A stretch of DNA of 64,000 nt from Vicinamibacterales bacterium. Lineage in GTDB: Bacteria; Acidobacteriota; Vicinamibacteria; Vicinamibacterales; UBA8438. The position numbers were made by a program, and so were the translations under genes. The notes below the pieces were generated by a model, which worked only from the letters and a program-made list of their open reading frames with translations, did not search any database and was not told where the DNA came from. The DNA lies in NCBI GenBank assembly GCA_965215895.1, contig CBDCEY010000005.1, positions 160,792 to 224,791 on the forward strand. Reading direction: 5' to 3'. Positions 21,987-29,915 of this stretch are shown in pieces. The first letter of the stretch is position 1. Each line of letters starts with the position of its first letter.

Positions 21987-23021
21987 TCACCCCCCGCGCC
22001 CAAACCCCTCCAACGCCAATCGATACAAACACCCCACACCTTGTGTGTAGTCCTCCGGCGCTGCAAACACTCTCGGCGTCGGATACACCACCTGCACATC
22101 CCGCAAGAAACCGCACGCCAGTCCCACCGCCAACGACTGCATCTTGCTCCCGGTTGGCACCACAACCAGCTTCTCCCGCTGCCCGTGAACACCGTACACC
22201 TTCAAGAGCAACTCAAGAGTCTCCCGATAGTCCAAAGTACTCACGCATAACTCATCTCTCGCAGGTAACGACTCCACCCGATTGAGCTCGCGGATCGCCG
22301 CAGGCCGCCACTTGTTCTCATCACTCGGAGGATTTCCATGCACAACCGTAAAGTACGCCGCCTGCATCTCAGAACAAACCGCGGCCAGCTGTCTCGTGTT
22401 CCACGATGGAAATACAATAACCCGCATCGGTTGACCCTGCATCGCAACACTCGACAGTTCCGGCACAATCGTCAAGCCAAACACGCCCCCCGACACAAAC
22501 ATCGTGAGGCCCAATACATCTCCTTCCTCCGCTAGCCTCAGATCAACTTCGTCCGCCCTCGGCCGGTACAGCGCTGCGCTACAGTACAACACCTCCGAAC
22601 GCGCGACGTGTCCACCCCTCACCAGAGCGGCCACGAGCTGCACGATCAGAATTCTCGACATACCTGACAAATCACAATGCAGATAGCACCCACTCGGTAC
22701 CCGCGCCAAAATCCGCTCCGCAGCCCCGGCCGGATCCTCCCGATCAAAGGCCACCCATTCCAGGCTCGCTCCCGCCTGCGCGCAAAGGCTGCCAACCTCC
22801 GCATTTTGGTTTACCACAAGTGTCGGCAGGTACTCAATGCACAGTACCCGAAACCCCCGGCAGCCCGCAACTACCGATCGTCGCAAAGCCTCTGTGGATC
22901 GCTCTTCAAACCCGGCGCACGTCAACAACACATCACCCGCACCGATTTCCGCCTGCTCCACAACCTCTAGTTCCGGATGCACGAGCCGCGCAAGCCATTC
23001 ATCAACCCGATACACCCTCAT
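21987..23021 (-). CDS. Hypothetical protein, third gene of the methyltransferase/kinase-NTPase operon
   Basis: 344-aa ORF in lower-GC DNA. In the reconstructed locus its ATG lies 3 nt after the upstream gene's stop. It has two beta-alpha-beta-like halves (VLLTCAGFEERS...YLHCDLSGMSRILIVQL, and MRVIVFPSW...KLVVVPTGSKMQSLAVG). I cannot recognise a family. Confidence 0.7.
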   Translation of the reverse strand: MRVYRVDEWLARLVHPELEVVEQAEIGAGDVLLTCAGFEERSTEALRRSVVAGCRGFRVLCIEYLPTLVVNQNAEVGSLCAQAGASLEWVAFDREDPAGAAERILARVPSGCYLHCDLSGMSRILIVQLVAALVRGGHVARSEVLYCSAALYRPRADEVDLRLAEEGDVLGLTMFVSGGVFGLTIVPELSSVAMQGQPMRVIVFPSWNTRQLAAVCSEMQAAYFTVVHGNPPSDENKWRPAAIRELNRVESLPARDELCVSTLDYRETLELLLKVYGVHGQREKLVVVPTGSKMQSLAVGLACGFLRDVQVVYPTPRVFAAPEDYTQGVGCLYRLALEGFGRGG

Positions 23022-23039
23022 GTTCTACTCCCCCGCTAA

Positions 23040-24530
23040 CAGCCTGTGGCAAAAGTCGATAGATCGGAGTCGACCTGAGTCGACGGAGTGGCGTAGACTT
23101 GGCGGCATGGCAATGGGCAAGAAGCCGGCGGCGCGACAGCCGTCGCCGATGTGGGTGACCACAGCGGACCTTCCGACGAGCGCGGGACATCCCTTTTTCG
23201 AACGGCTGAACCGGGTTCTGGAGGAGGCCGGATTCGATGCCTTTGTGGAGGGGTTGTGCGCGGTGTTCTACGCGTCGCGGCTGGGCCGCCCGAGTCTGCG
23301 TCCTGGGCGGTATTTCCGGCTGCTGTTCATCGGCTACTTCGAGGGTCTGTCGTCGGAGCGGGGGATTGCGTGGCGGGTCGCGGATTCTCTGAGCCTGCGG
23401 GCTTTCCTGGACCTGGACGTGACCGAGGCGCCGCCGAACCACTCGACGCTGTCGCGCACGCGGCGTCTGATCGACGTGGAAACGCACGTGGCGGTTTTCA
23501 CGTGGGTGCTGGAACGGTTGGCGGGAGCGGGTCTGGTGCAGGGGAAGACGGTCGGCGTCGATGCGACGACGCTGGAAGCGAACGCGGCGATGCGGAGCAT
23601 CGAGCGGCGGGATACCGGGGAATCGTACGAGGCGTTCGTGCGTCAGCTGGCGAAGGCATCGGGGATTGAGACGCCGACGCGAGCGGAGTTGGCGCGGTTT
23701 GACCGGTCCCGGAAGGACAGGAAGACGTCGAACAAGGAGTGGCAGTCTCCGCAGGACCCGGACGCGAAGATCGCAAAGATGAAGGACGGTCGGACGCACT
23801 TGGCCCACAAGGCGGAGCACGGGATCGACCTGGAGACGGGCGCCATCCTCTCGGTGACGGTGCAGGAGGCGTCGGAGGGCGATTCGGCGACGCTGCCGGC
23901 GACGCTGACGATGGCGGCTGAGCAGGTCGAGGCGGTGCAGCCGGCCGGTGCGGAGGTCGAAGAGGTGGTCGCCGACAAGGGGTACCACAGCGACGCGACG
24001 CTGGTGGCTCTCGACGAGATTGGGGTTCGCAGTTACGTCTCGGAGCCGGAGCGGGGTCGGCGCTGTTGGCAGGACAAGAAGACGGGAGAGACGCCGGTGG
24101 AGAAGCGTGCTGCGCAGAAGGCATTATATGGGAACCGTCGGCGTATTCGCGGCGACCGAGGTCGTCGTCTTCAACGCCGCCGCGGGGAGCTGGTGGAGCG
24201 GCCTTTCGCGCACCAGTACGAGACCGGGGGGCTGCGGCGGGTGTGGGTGCGCGGCCACGAGAATGTGCGCAAGCGGGTGCTCATCCAGGCGGCCGGTTGC
24301 AACCTCGGACTGCTGCTGCGCCGGCTGACCGGCGTCGGCACGCCCCGGAGCCTGCAGGGGCGGGCTCTTTCGGCCATTTGCGGACTGATCGGTCGCCTGA
24401 CCGCGCTCTGGGGGCGTCTGACGGCCTCTTGGGACTTCCAATGGACGCCGGCGGGGCTGGTCGGCTCAATCGCTCATCGCCAAGCTGCCTGAACAGGCCG
24501 GCTCAGCGAACAGCCTTCTTCCACGGGCTG
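23040..24530 (+). mobile_element. IS5/IS1182-type insertion sequence, copy A (1491 bp)
   Basis: Inverted repeats are CAGCCTGTGGCAAAAG (left) and CAGCCCGTGGAAGAAG (reverse complement of the right end), matching at 13 of 16 positions. The 4-bp target duplication CTAA occurs at 23036-23039 and 24531-24534. Confidence 0.9.
23107..24492 (+). CDS. IS5/IS1182-family DDE transposase (copy A)
   Basis: 461 aa from MAMGKKP. HPFFERLNRVLEEAGFDAFVE...GRPSLRPGRYFRLLFIGYFEGLSSERGIAWRVADSLSLRAFL...PNHSTLSRTRRLI (InsH-type N-terminal region) plus a C-terminal DDE region. Confidence 0.9.
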   Translation: MAMGKKPAARQPSPMWVTTADLPTSAGHPFFERLNRVLEEAGFDAFVEGLCAVFYASRLGRPSLRPGRYFRLLFIGYFEGLSSERGIAWRVADSLSLRAFLDLDVTEAPPNHSTLSRTRRLIDVETHVAVFTWVLERLAGAGLVQGKTVGVDATTLEANAAMRSIERRDTGESYEAFVRQLAKASGIETPTRAELARFDRSRKDRKTSNKEWQSPQDPDAKIAKMKDGRTHLAHKAEHGIDLETGAILSVTVQEASEGDSATLPATLTMAAEQVEAVQPAGAEVEEVVADKGYHSDATLVALDEIGVRSYVSEPERGRRCWQDKKTGETPVEKRAAQKALYGNRRRIRGDRGRRLQRRRGELVERPFAHQYETGGLRRVWVRGHENVRKRVLIQAAGCNLGLLLRRLTGVGTPRSLQGRALSAICGLIGRLTALWGRLTASWDFQWTPAGLVGSIAHRQAA

Positions 24531-25033
24531 CTAAACCTCCCAACCCAAGGGCCAGCTGTCCCGAACCCCTGCCTCCCCCGGGCTCTCCATCTGCCTCTTC
24601 TCCCGCCACCAAGCTCCTAAGCCGCTTCCTGCTCTTGAAACCCTTCGGGTCCACGAGCAAGCGTTCAAAATCCTCTACGCTCAGCTCCAAAGAGTCCCGC
24701 CGACTGAATGTAAGGTTGAAAAAGGGGATTAAGAACCGCCTCAAATAGAGTCTCGGGACGACGTTCCCCCTTCGACTCTTTCCCCGGACATCTTCGATAA
24801 ACACCGAATACCGCAATAGGTCCTCGTAAACCTCCTTCGCCTTACCCTCCAGATGCGGGTCCTCGTACGGCTCAATTCGGGATGCCTGGTGTGGCGGACA
24901 CGTGCTCTCGTTCTTCGAATCCCTAAACCGCAGATATGACGCGGCCACGCTACCGAAGGCCTCCACGACCTCTACCAACGGTTGTCCAGTCGGCACCTTC
25001 CTCAGGTTTCTCAAGAAGTTGCCGGCCTCACCC

Positions 25034-26371
25034 TCATGCATCCCCTTATTTTTCTTTGTTTCTAACATCAAATTACACCGAAGACCCCTCGATACACCCG
25101 CTGTTCCAGGAGCATCTCTCCGAACGTCTCCATCAACGGACGAATCCGGTCATCGGGCCAATTGGGAAGATGGTGATACAGCATCAACCCCTGCCGAAAC
25201 AACGAATGCGTCCGCCGCTTCACGGTGTTCGCCTTCAACCAGCGGTCATAGCCGATGCGCTCGCCCGCTGCACCCAGCAGCGACAGCATCGCGATCGCCA
25301 ATGCACTGATCAGCAACAGCCGGTCCCGCCGGTCCGGGCGCGAAACGTGCATCGACGACAGGCCCATCCCGAAGCGCATGTCCTTGATGTCCCGAAAGCC
25401 CGCTTCAATCCCCCAGCGCTTGCCGTAGTACCGAATCAACACCGGCGTCGGCACGGTCGCTTCGCTGGCCACCAAGCACCACGGTTCGTCCATCTTCCGA
25501 TCGTGTACACACACGACCACGCCCACCGGCAGCTCGTGAGCATCGGTCACCCGAGCGCCCACCAACCGCCGCGCACGCCCCCCAGCGCCGACCCACGCTG
25601 CGGCCGGTCGCCGCTCGCCCCGCGCATTCGTCACGTAGATGTCTCCGCGCAACCGAATCACGTATTCAAAGGTCAGTTCCTCCGTCAGTGCGTAGAACAG
25701 CTTGCAATCCGCAAAGCCCCGATCCGCCACGACCGTGACCTTCACCCCCGCCGGCAGTACCTCCCGCAAGCGGCACAGCACTTCGTACTCGTAGCGGCGC
25801 TGGTTGCCCTTCAGGGTCGACGACGCCACGGTCTTCCACAGCAGGGGCGTCGCGCGCCCGTGGCCTGTCAACATCGACAGCACAATAGTGTCCTGCCCGT
25901 CCGCGGCAAAGCTCGTCCAATCCAGCGCGACGATTACTTCCTTGCGAGCACCAACAATGTACGGCGTCCAATAGGCGAAGAAAGTCCCGACATCAACCCC
26001 TCGATTGCTCAGGAGCCGATCCACCTGTTTCACACCATGCTTGGTCAACGTGCCCATGGCCTGGGCCAAGCCACGCCCCACCGCATGGATCGCCAGCGAC
26101 GCACTCGCCAGCACGCCCAAGGTGGCATTGGCCAACGACAGCACCCGTTTGGCATGCAAATCGCCCTCGTACAAGGTGGTTACGAAGTTCAGAAGATCGT
26201 GTCTCTGGAGCAGTCGGTTGCGAGATGTTGGCGGCTTCTGATGTAAGCGCATGGGTCAACATACTAACCCAGGCGCGCGACATTGTGCAAAGTCCATCCC
26301 GTCGGAGATGTTTGTTCCACCGAACGGTTTCGTCTTATTGATTCACGTGATAAAATGAGGGGATCTCTGAG
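25034..26371 (-). mobile_element. IS4-family insertion sequence (about 1338 bp)
   Basis: The 10-bp target duplication GGCCTCACCC occurs at 25024-25033 and 26372-26381. Imperfect terminal inverted repeats are TCATGCATCCCCTTATTTTT and TCAGAGATCCCCTCATTTTA (about 16 of 20 match). Confidence 0.85.
25068..26252 (-). CDS. IS4-family DDE transposase
   Basis: 394 aa: ALDWTSF ... VVADRGFAD ... YGKRWGIEAGFRDIK (YREK-type C-terminal signature). Confidence 0.9.
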   Translation of the reverse strand: MRLHQKPPTSRNRLLQRHDLLNFVTTLYEGDLHAKRVLSLANATLGVLASASLAIHAVGRGLAQAMGTLTKHGVKQVDRLLSNRGVDVGTFFAYWTPYIVGARKEVIVALDWTSFAADGQDTIVLSMLTGHGRATPLLWKTVASSTLKGNQRRYEYEVLCRLREVLPAGVKVTVVADRGFADCKLFYALTEELTFEYVIRLRGDIYVTNARGERRPAAAWVGAGGRARRLVGARVTDAHELPVGVVVCVHDRKMDEPWCLVASEATVPTPVLIRYYGKRWGIEAGFRDIKDMRFGMGLSSMHVSRPDRRDRLLLISALAIAMLSLLGAAGERIGYDRWLKANTVKRRTHSLFRQGLMLYHHLPNWPDDRIRPLMETFGEMLLEQRVYRGVFGVI

Positions 26372-26625
26372 GGCCTCACCCCCTATCGCCTTGTTCTGGA
26401 TATCGGCCGCAACGCCCGGCACCGCACCGCCCCCTATCAAGCTGTCCACACCACCAGCCGCCGCTACCATCTTACCAACCAATTCAATTAAGAAGTGGAC
26501 ATCACCACTGCACAGCTCCGCAAGCGCACCGCGCCCCCAGATCCGCGGATGTTTGCCCTCGCGCAGGGCTCTCGCCATCTCGTTGTGTGTCAGCTCACTC
26601 GGCACGTCCCCAACAAGAGCCTCAA

Positions 26626-28116
26626 CAGCCTGTGGCAAAAGTCGATAGATCGGAGTCGACCTGAGTCGACGGAGTGGCGTAGACTTGGCGGCATGGCAAT
26701 GGGCAAGAAGCCGGCGGCGCGACAGCCGTCGCCGATGTGGGTGACCACAGCGGACCTTCCGACGAGCGCGGGACATCCCTTTTTCGAACGGCTGAACCGG
26801 GTTCTGGAGGAGGCCGGATTCGATGCCTTTGTGGAGGGGTTGTGCGCGGTGTTCTACGCGTCGCGGCTGGGCCGCCCGAGTCTGCGTCCTGGGCGGTATT
26901 TCCGGCTGCTGTTCATCGGCTACTTCGAGGGTCTGTCGTCGGAGCGGGGGATTGCGTGGCGGGTCGCGGATTCTCTGAGCCTGCGGGCTTTCCTGGACCT
27001 GGACGTGACCGAGGCGCCGCCGAACCACTCGACGCTGTCGCGCACGCGGCGTCTGATCGACGTGGAAACGCACGTGGCGGTGTTCACGTGGGTGCTGGAA
27101 CGGTTGGCGGGAGCGGGTCTGGTGCAGGGGAAGACGGTCGGCGTCGATGCGACGACGCTGGAAGCGAACGCGGCGATGCGGAGCATCGAGCGGCGGGATA
27201 CCGGGGAATCGTACGAGGCGTTCGTGCGTCAGCTGGCGAAGGCATCGGGGATTGAGACGCCGACGCGAGCGGAGTTGGCGCGGTTTGACCGGTCCCGGAA
27301 GGACAGGAAGACGTCGAACAAGGAGTGGCAGTCTCCGCAGGACCCGGACGCGAAGATCGCAAAGATGAAGGACGGTCGGACGCACTTGGCCCACAAGGCG
27401 GAGCACGGGATCGACCTGGAGACGGGCGCCATCCTCTCGGTGACGGTGCAGGAGGCGTCGGAGGGCGATTCGGCGACGCTGCCGGCGACGCTGACGATGG
27501 CGGCTGAGCAGGTCGAGGCGGTGCAGCCGGCCGGTGCGGAGGTCGAAGAGGTGGTCGCCGACAAGGGGTACCACAGCGACGCGACGCTGGTGGCTCTCGA
27601 CGAGATTGGGGTTCGCAGTTACGTCTCGGAGCCGGAGCGGGGTCGGCGCTGTTGGCAGGACAAGAAGACGGGAGAGACGCCGGCGGAGAAGCGTGCTGCG
27701 CAGAAGGCACTATATGGGAACCGTCGGCGTATTCGCGGCGACCGAGGTCGTCGTCTTCAACGCCGCCGCGGGGAGCTCGTGGAGCGGCCTTTCGCGCACC
27801 AGTACGAGACCGGGGGGCTGCGGCGGGTGTGGGTGCGCGGCCACGAGAATGTGCGCAAGCGGGTGCTCATCCAGGCGGCCGGTTGCAACCTCGGACTGCT
27901 GCTGCGCCGGCTGACCGGCGTCGGCACGCCCCGGAGCCTGCAGGGGCGGGCTCTTTCGGCCATTTGCGGACTGATCGGTCGCCTGACCGCGCTCTGGGGG
28001 CGTCTGACGGCCTCTTGGGACTTCCAATGGACGCCGGCGGGGCTGGTCGGCTCAATCGCTCATCGCCAAGCTGCCTGAACAGGCCGGCTCAGCGAACAGC
28101 CTTCTTCCACGGGCTG
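26626..28116 (+). mobile_element. IS5/IS1182-type insertion sequence, copy B (1491 bp)
   Basis: Same ends as copy A. The 4-bp target duplication TCAA occurs at 26622-26625 and 28117-28120. I saw 4 nucleotide differences from copy A. Confidence 0.9.
26693..28078 (+). CDS. IS5/IS1182-family DDE transposase (copy B)
   Basis: 461 aa. Identical to copy A except for one substitution I noticed (PVEKR to PAEKR). Confidence 0.9.
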   Translation: MAMGKKPAARQPSPMWVTTADLPTSAGHPFFERLNRVLEEAGFDAFVEGLCAVFYASRLGRPSLRPGRYFRLLFIGYFEGLSSERGIAWRVADSLSLRAFLDLDVTEAPPNHSTLSRTRRLIDVETHVAVFTWVLERLAGAGLVQGKTVGVDATTLEANAAMRSIERRDTGESYEAFVRQLAKASGIETPTRAELARFDRSRKDRKTSNKEWQSPQDPDAKIAKMKDGRTHLAHKAEHGIDLETGAILSVTVQEASEGDSATLPATLTMAAEQVEAVQPAGAEVEEVVADKGYHSDATLVALDEIGVRSYVSEPERGRRCWQDKKTGETPAEKRAAQKALYGNRRRIRGDRGRRLQRRRGELVERPFAHQYETGGLRRVWVRGHENVRKRVLIQAAGCNLGLLLRRLTGVGTPRSLQGRALSAICGLIGRLTALWGRLTASWDFQWTPAGLVGSIAHRQAA

Positions 28117-28363
28117 TCAAGGGTCGACACCGGATAACCCTCCGTATATTCAAATCGCCGCCGAAACACATCATCCACGAACCGCAGCTTGTCTTCGTTC
28201 TCCGCGTTTATAAAGTCGATACCGAGAGAGCCTCTTGCGAAAAGCGTGTTCGGCCGAGTTTTTGCCTGAGGCCGCGGGGCGAGCGAGGGTCAGCGGACGG
28301 GACGCAGCGTTCGCAGGATGACAGTGACCGCCACTGTGGCCGGGGAGCCGGAGCCGCGGGGGT

Positions 28364-28759
28364 TCATGGAGCCTGCCTGCCTGTGATGAGGGCAAGCACA
28401 CGCGAAGAGATGCGGCGCATTTCCTCCACGAGCCGTTCCAGTTCACGGTTGTTCTCGATCCACTCCCGGTAAAGGCCGAGTTCGTCTTCGGTGAGCTTCA
28501 AGCCGACGGTTTTTCCGCGGGCCTTCCGCGTCCAGTAGTGGTAGGGGCCGTGGCGGGCGTCCGGGTCGTGATGGCAGCGGCAGGTGGGCGACCCACAGGC
28601 TATACGGCGGGTCTGGACGCTGCCCTGGCCGATGAACCCGACCGCTTGTAGTTTCGCCTTGAGCGCATCGTACTGTTCCTCGTACCGATGCATCGCTTCG
28701 TCGTGGGCCATCGATTGGCTGCTTGACATCCTCTTTGCTCGTAAATGTACAGTAGGCAA
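28364..28759 (-). CDS. Small Cys-rich IS-associated protein
   Basis: 131 aa, with CGSPTCRCHHDPDARHGPYHYWTRKARGKTVGLKL followed by a coiled-coil tail. It resembles small proteins often found beside transposases (possibly DUF6788, from memory and unverified). Confidence 0.55.
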   Translation of the reverse strand: MPTVHLRAKRMSSSQSMAHDEAMHRYEEQYDALKAKLQAVGFIGQGSVQTRRIACGSPTCRCHHDPDARHGPYHYWTRKARGKTVGLKLTEDELGLYREWIENNRELERLVEEMRRISSRVLALITGRQAP

Positions 28760-28775
28760 CAGGAGTGGTCAAGAA

Positions 28776-29915
28776 ATGAATCACCTGCGCGTCGCCTTCG
28801 CCCCCTACTGGCAGTCGATCCAGCATGCCCTGTTTCCGCAGTTGGAGCGCGTGTTGGGTCCGCTGACCGAGAAACAACAGCAGTTGGTGCAGACCCTGGA
28901 GGTCATCCGTATCGAGCAGATGATTCCCCGGCGCTTCCGAGTGCCGGGGCGTCCGCCCAAGGACCGTGCGGCGATGGCGCGGGCCTTGGTGGCCAAGGCG
29001 GTCTACGACATGCCGACGACGCGCGTGCTGCTGGACCGATTGGACACCGACGTGGTGCTGCGGCGGATCTGCGGCTGGGAGCGAAGGAGTGAGGTGCCGA
29101 GCGAGTCGGTCTTCTCGCGCGCCTTCGCCGAGTTCTCGGACACGCAGTTGCCCCAGCGCGTGCACGAAGCGCTGATCTGGAACACCCACCGCGACCGGCT
29201 GGTGGGCCACCTCTCTCGCGACTCGACGGCCATCGAGGCCCGCGAGAAGCCGGCCGCGAAGGAGAAGGCGCCTCCGCCGCCCAAGCGCAAACGGGGACGG
29301 CTGAAGAAGGGTGAGGAACGACCGAAGGTCCTCAAGCGCCTCGACCGGCAGGCGACCATGAGCCTGCCGGCGATGCTCGACGACCTGCCGACCGCCTGTG
29401 ATGTCGGCATGAAGAAGGACAGCAAGGGCTACAAGTCCACCTGGGTCGGCTACAAGCTGCACATCGACGTGGCCGACGGCCAGATTCCGATCAGTTGCCT
29501 GCTGACGTCCGCCTCGCTGCACGACAGCCAAGCCGCCATTCCGCTGGCGACGTTGTCGGCCGGGCGGACGACCAATCTGTATGACCTGATGGACGCCGCC
29601 TACGACGCGGAACCGATCCGGCAGCACAGCCGCTCACTCGGCCACGTCCCGTTGATTGACACCAACCCCCGCCGCGACAAGACGCTGGCGGAGGAACTGC
29701 GAACCGAAGCCCGGCGCCTGAAAAATATCGGCTTTCAGCTTGCCGAGCAGGTTCGCTACAACGAGCGTACGGCGGGTGAGCGCGTCAATGGCCGACTCAA
29801 GGACGAGTTTGGCGGTCGCCATGTCCGGGTCCGTGGCGCCTCGAAAGTGATGTGTCACTGCATGTTCGGCGTGCTCGCACTCATCGCCGACCAGCTCGTA
29901 CGCCTGGTGACATAA
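28776..29915 (+). CDS. IS4/IS5-superfamily (DDE_Tnp_1-like) transposase
   Basis: Start at ATG 28776, preceded by AGGAG. 379 aa: LSRDSTAIEA ... GYKLHIDVADGQIPISCLLTSASLHDSQ ... LMDAAYDA ... YNERTAGERVNGRLKDEFG. Confidence 0.85.
   Translation: MNHLRVAFAPYWQSIQHALFPQLERVLGPLTEKQQQLVQTLEVIRIEQMIPRRFRVPGRPPKDRAAMARALVAKAVYDMPTTRVLLDRLDTDVVLRRICGWERRSEVPSESVFSRAFAEFSDTQLPQRVHEALIWNTHRDRLVGHLSRDSTAIEAREKPAAKEKAPPPPKRKRGRLKKGEERPKVLKRLDRQATMSLPAMLDDLPTACDVGMKKDSKGYKSTWVGYKLHIDVADGQIPISCLLTSASLHDSQAAIPLATLSAGRTTNLYDLMDAAYDAEPIRQHSRSLGHVPLIDTNPRRDKTLAEELRTEARRLKNIGFQLAEQVRYNERTAGERVNGRLKDEFGGRHVRVRGASKVMCHCMFGVLALIADQLVRLVT

Noticed and set aside
20429-22285. 618-aa plus-strand ORF with a Pro/Thr/Ser/His-rich tail running through the C-rich tract
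   Set aside because: The first part is an alternative frame of the FtsX permease gene. The tail is a by-product of the G-poor composition, which yields few stop codons. It has no domain-like sequence.
24914-24922. TTCGAATCC, a tRNA T-loop-like motif
   Set aside because: The flanks do not form acceptor or T stems, and the site lies inside coding sequence of the interrupted gene. I recognised no tRNA anywhere in the window.
24466-25071. 201-aa ORF that looks like a standalone gene
   Set aside because: Its first ~12 codons (MMLETKKNKGMH) come from the IS4-type terminal repeat, and its last 21 codons (AARGRRLFAEPACSGSLAMSD) come from the IS5-type end. The middle is the C-terminal piece of the interrupted kinase/NTPase gene.
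26264-27574. 436-aa minus-strand ORF, and its twin at 23002-23988
   Set aside because: It is mostly an Arg-rich antisense frame of the IS5-type transposase. Only the last ~85 codons (26625-26372) are real coding sequence, belonging to the interrupted gene.
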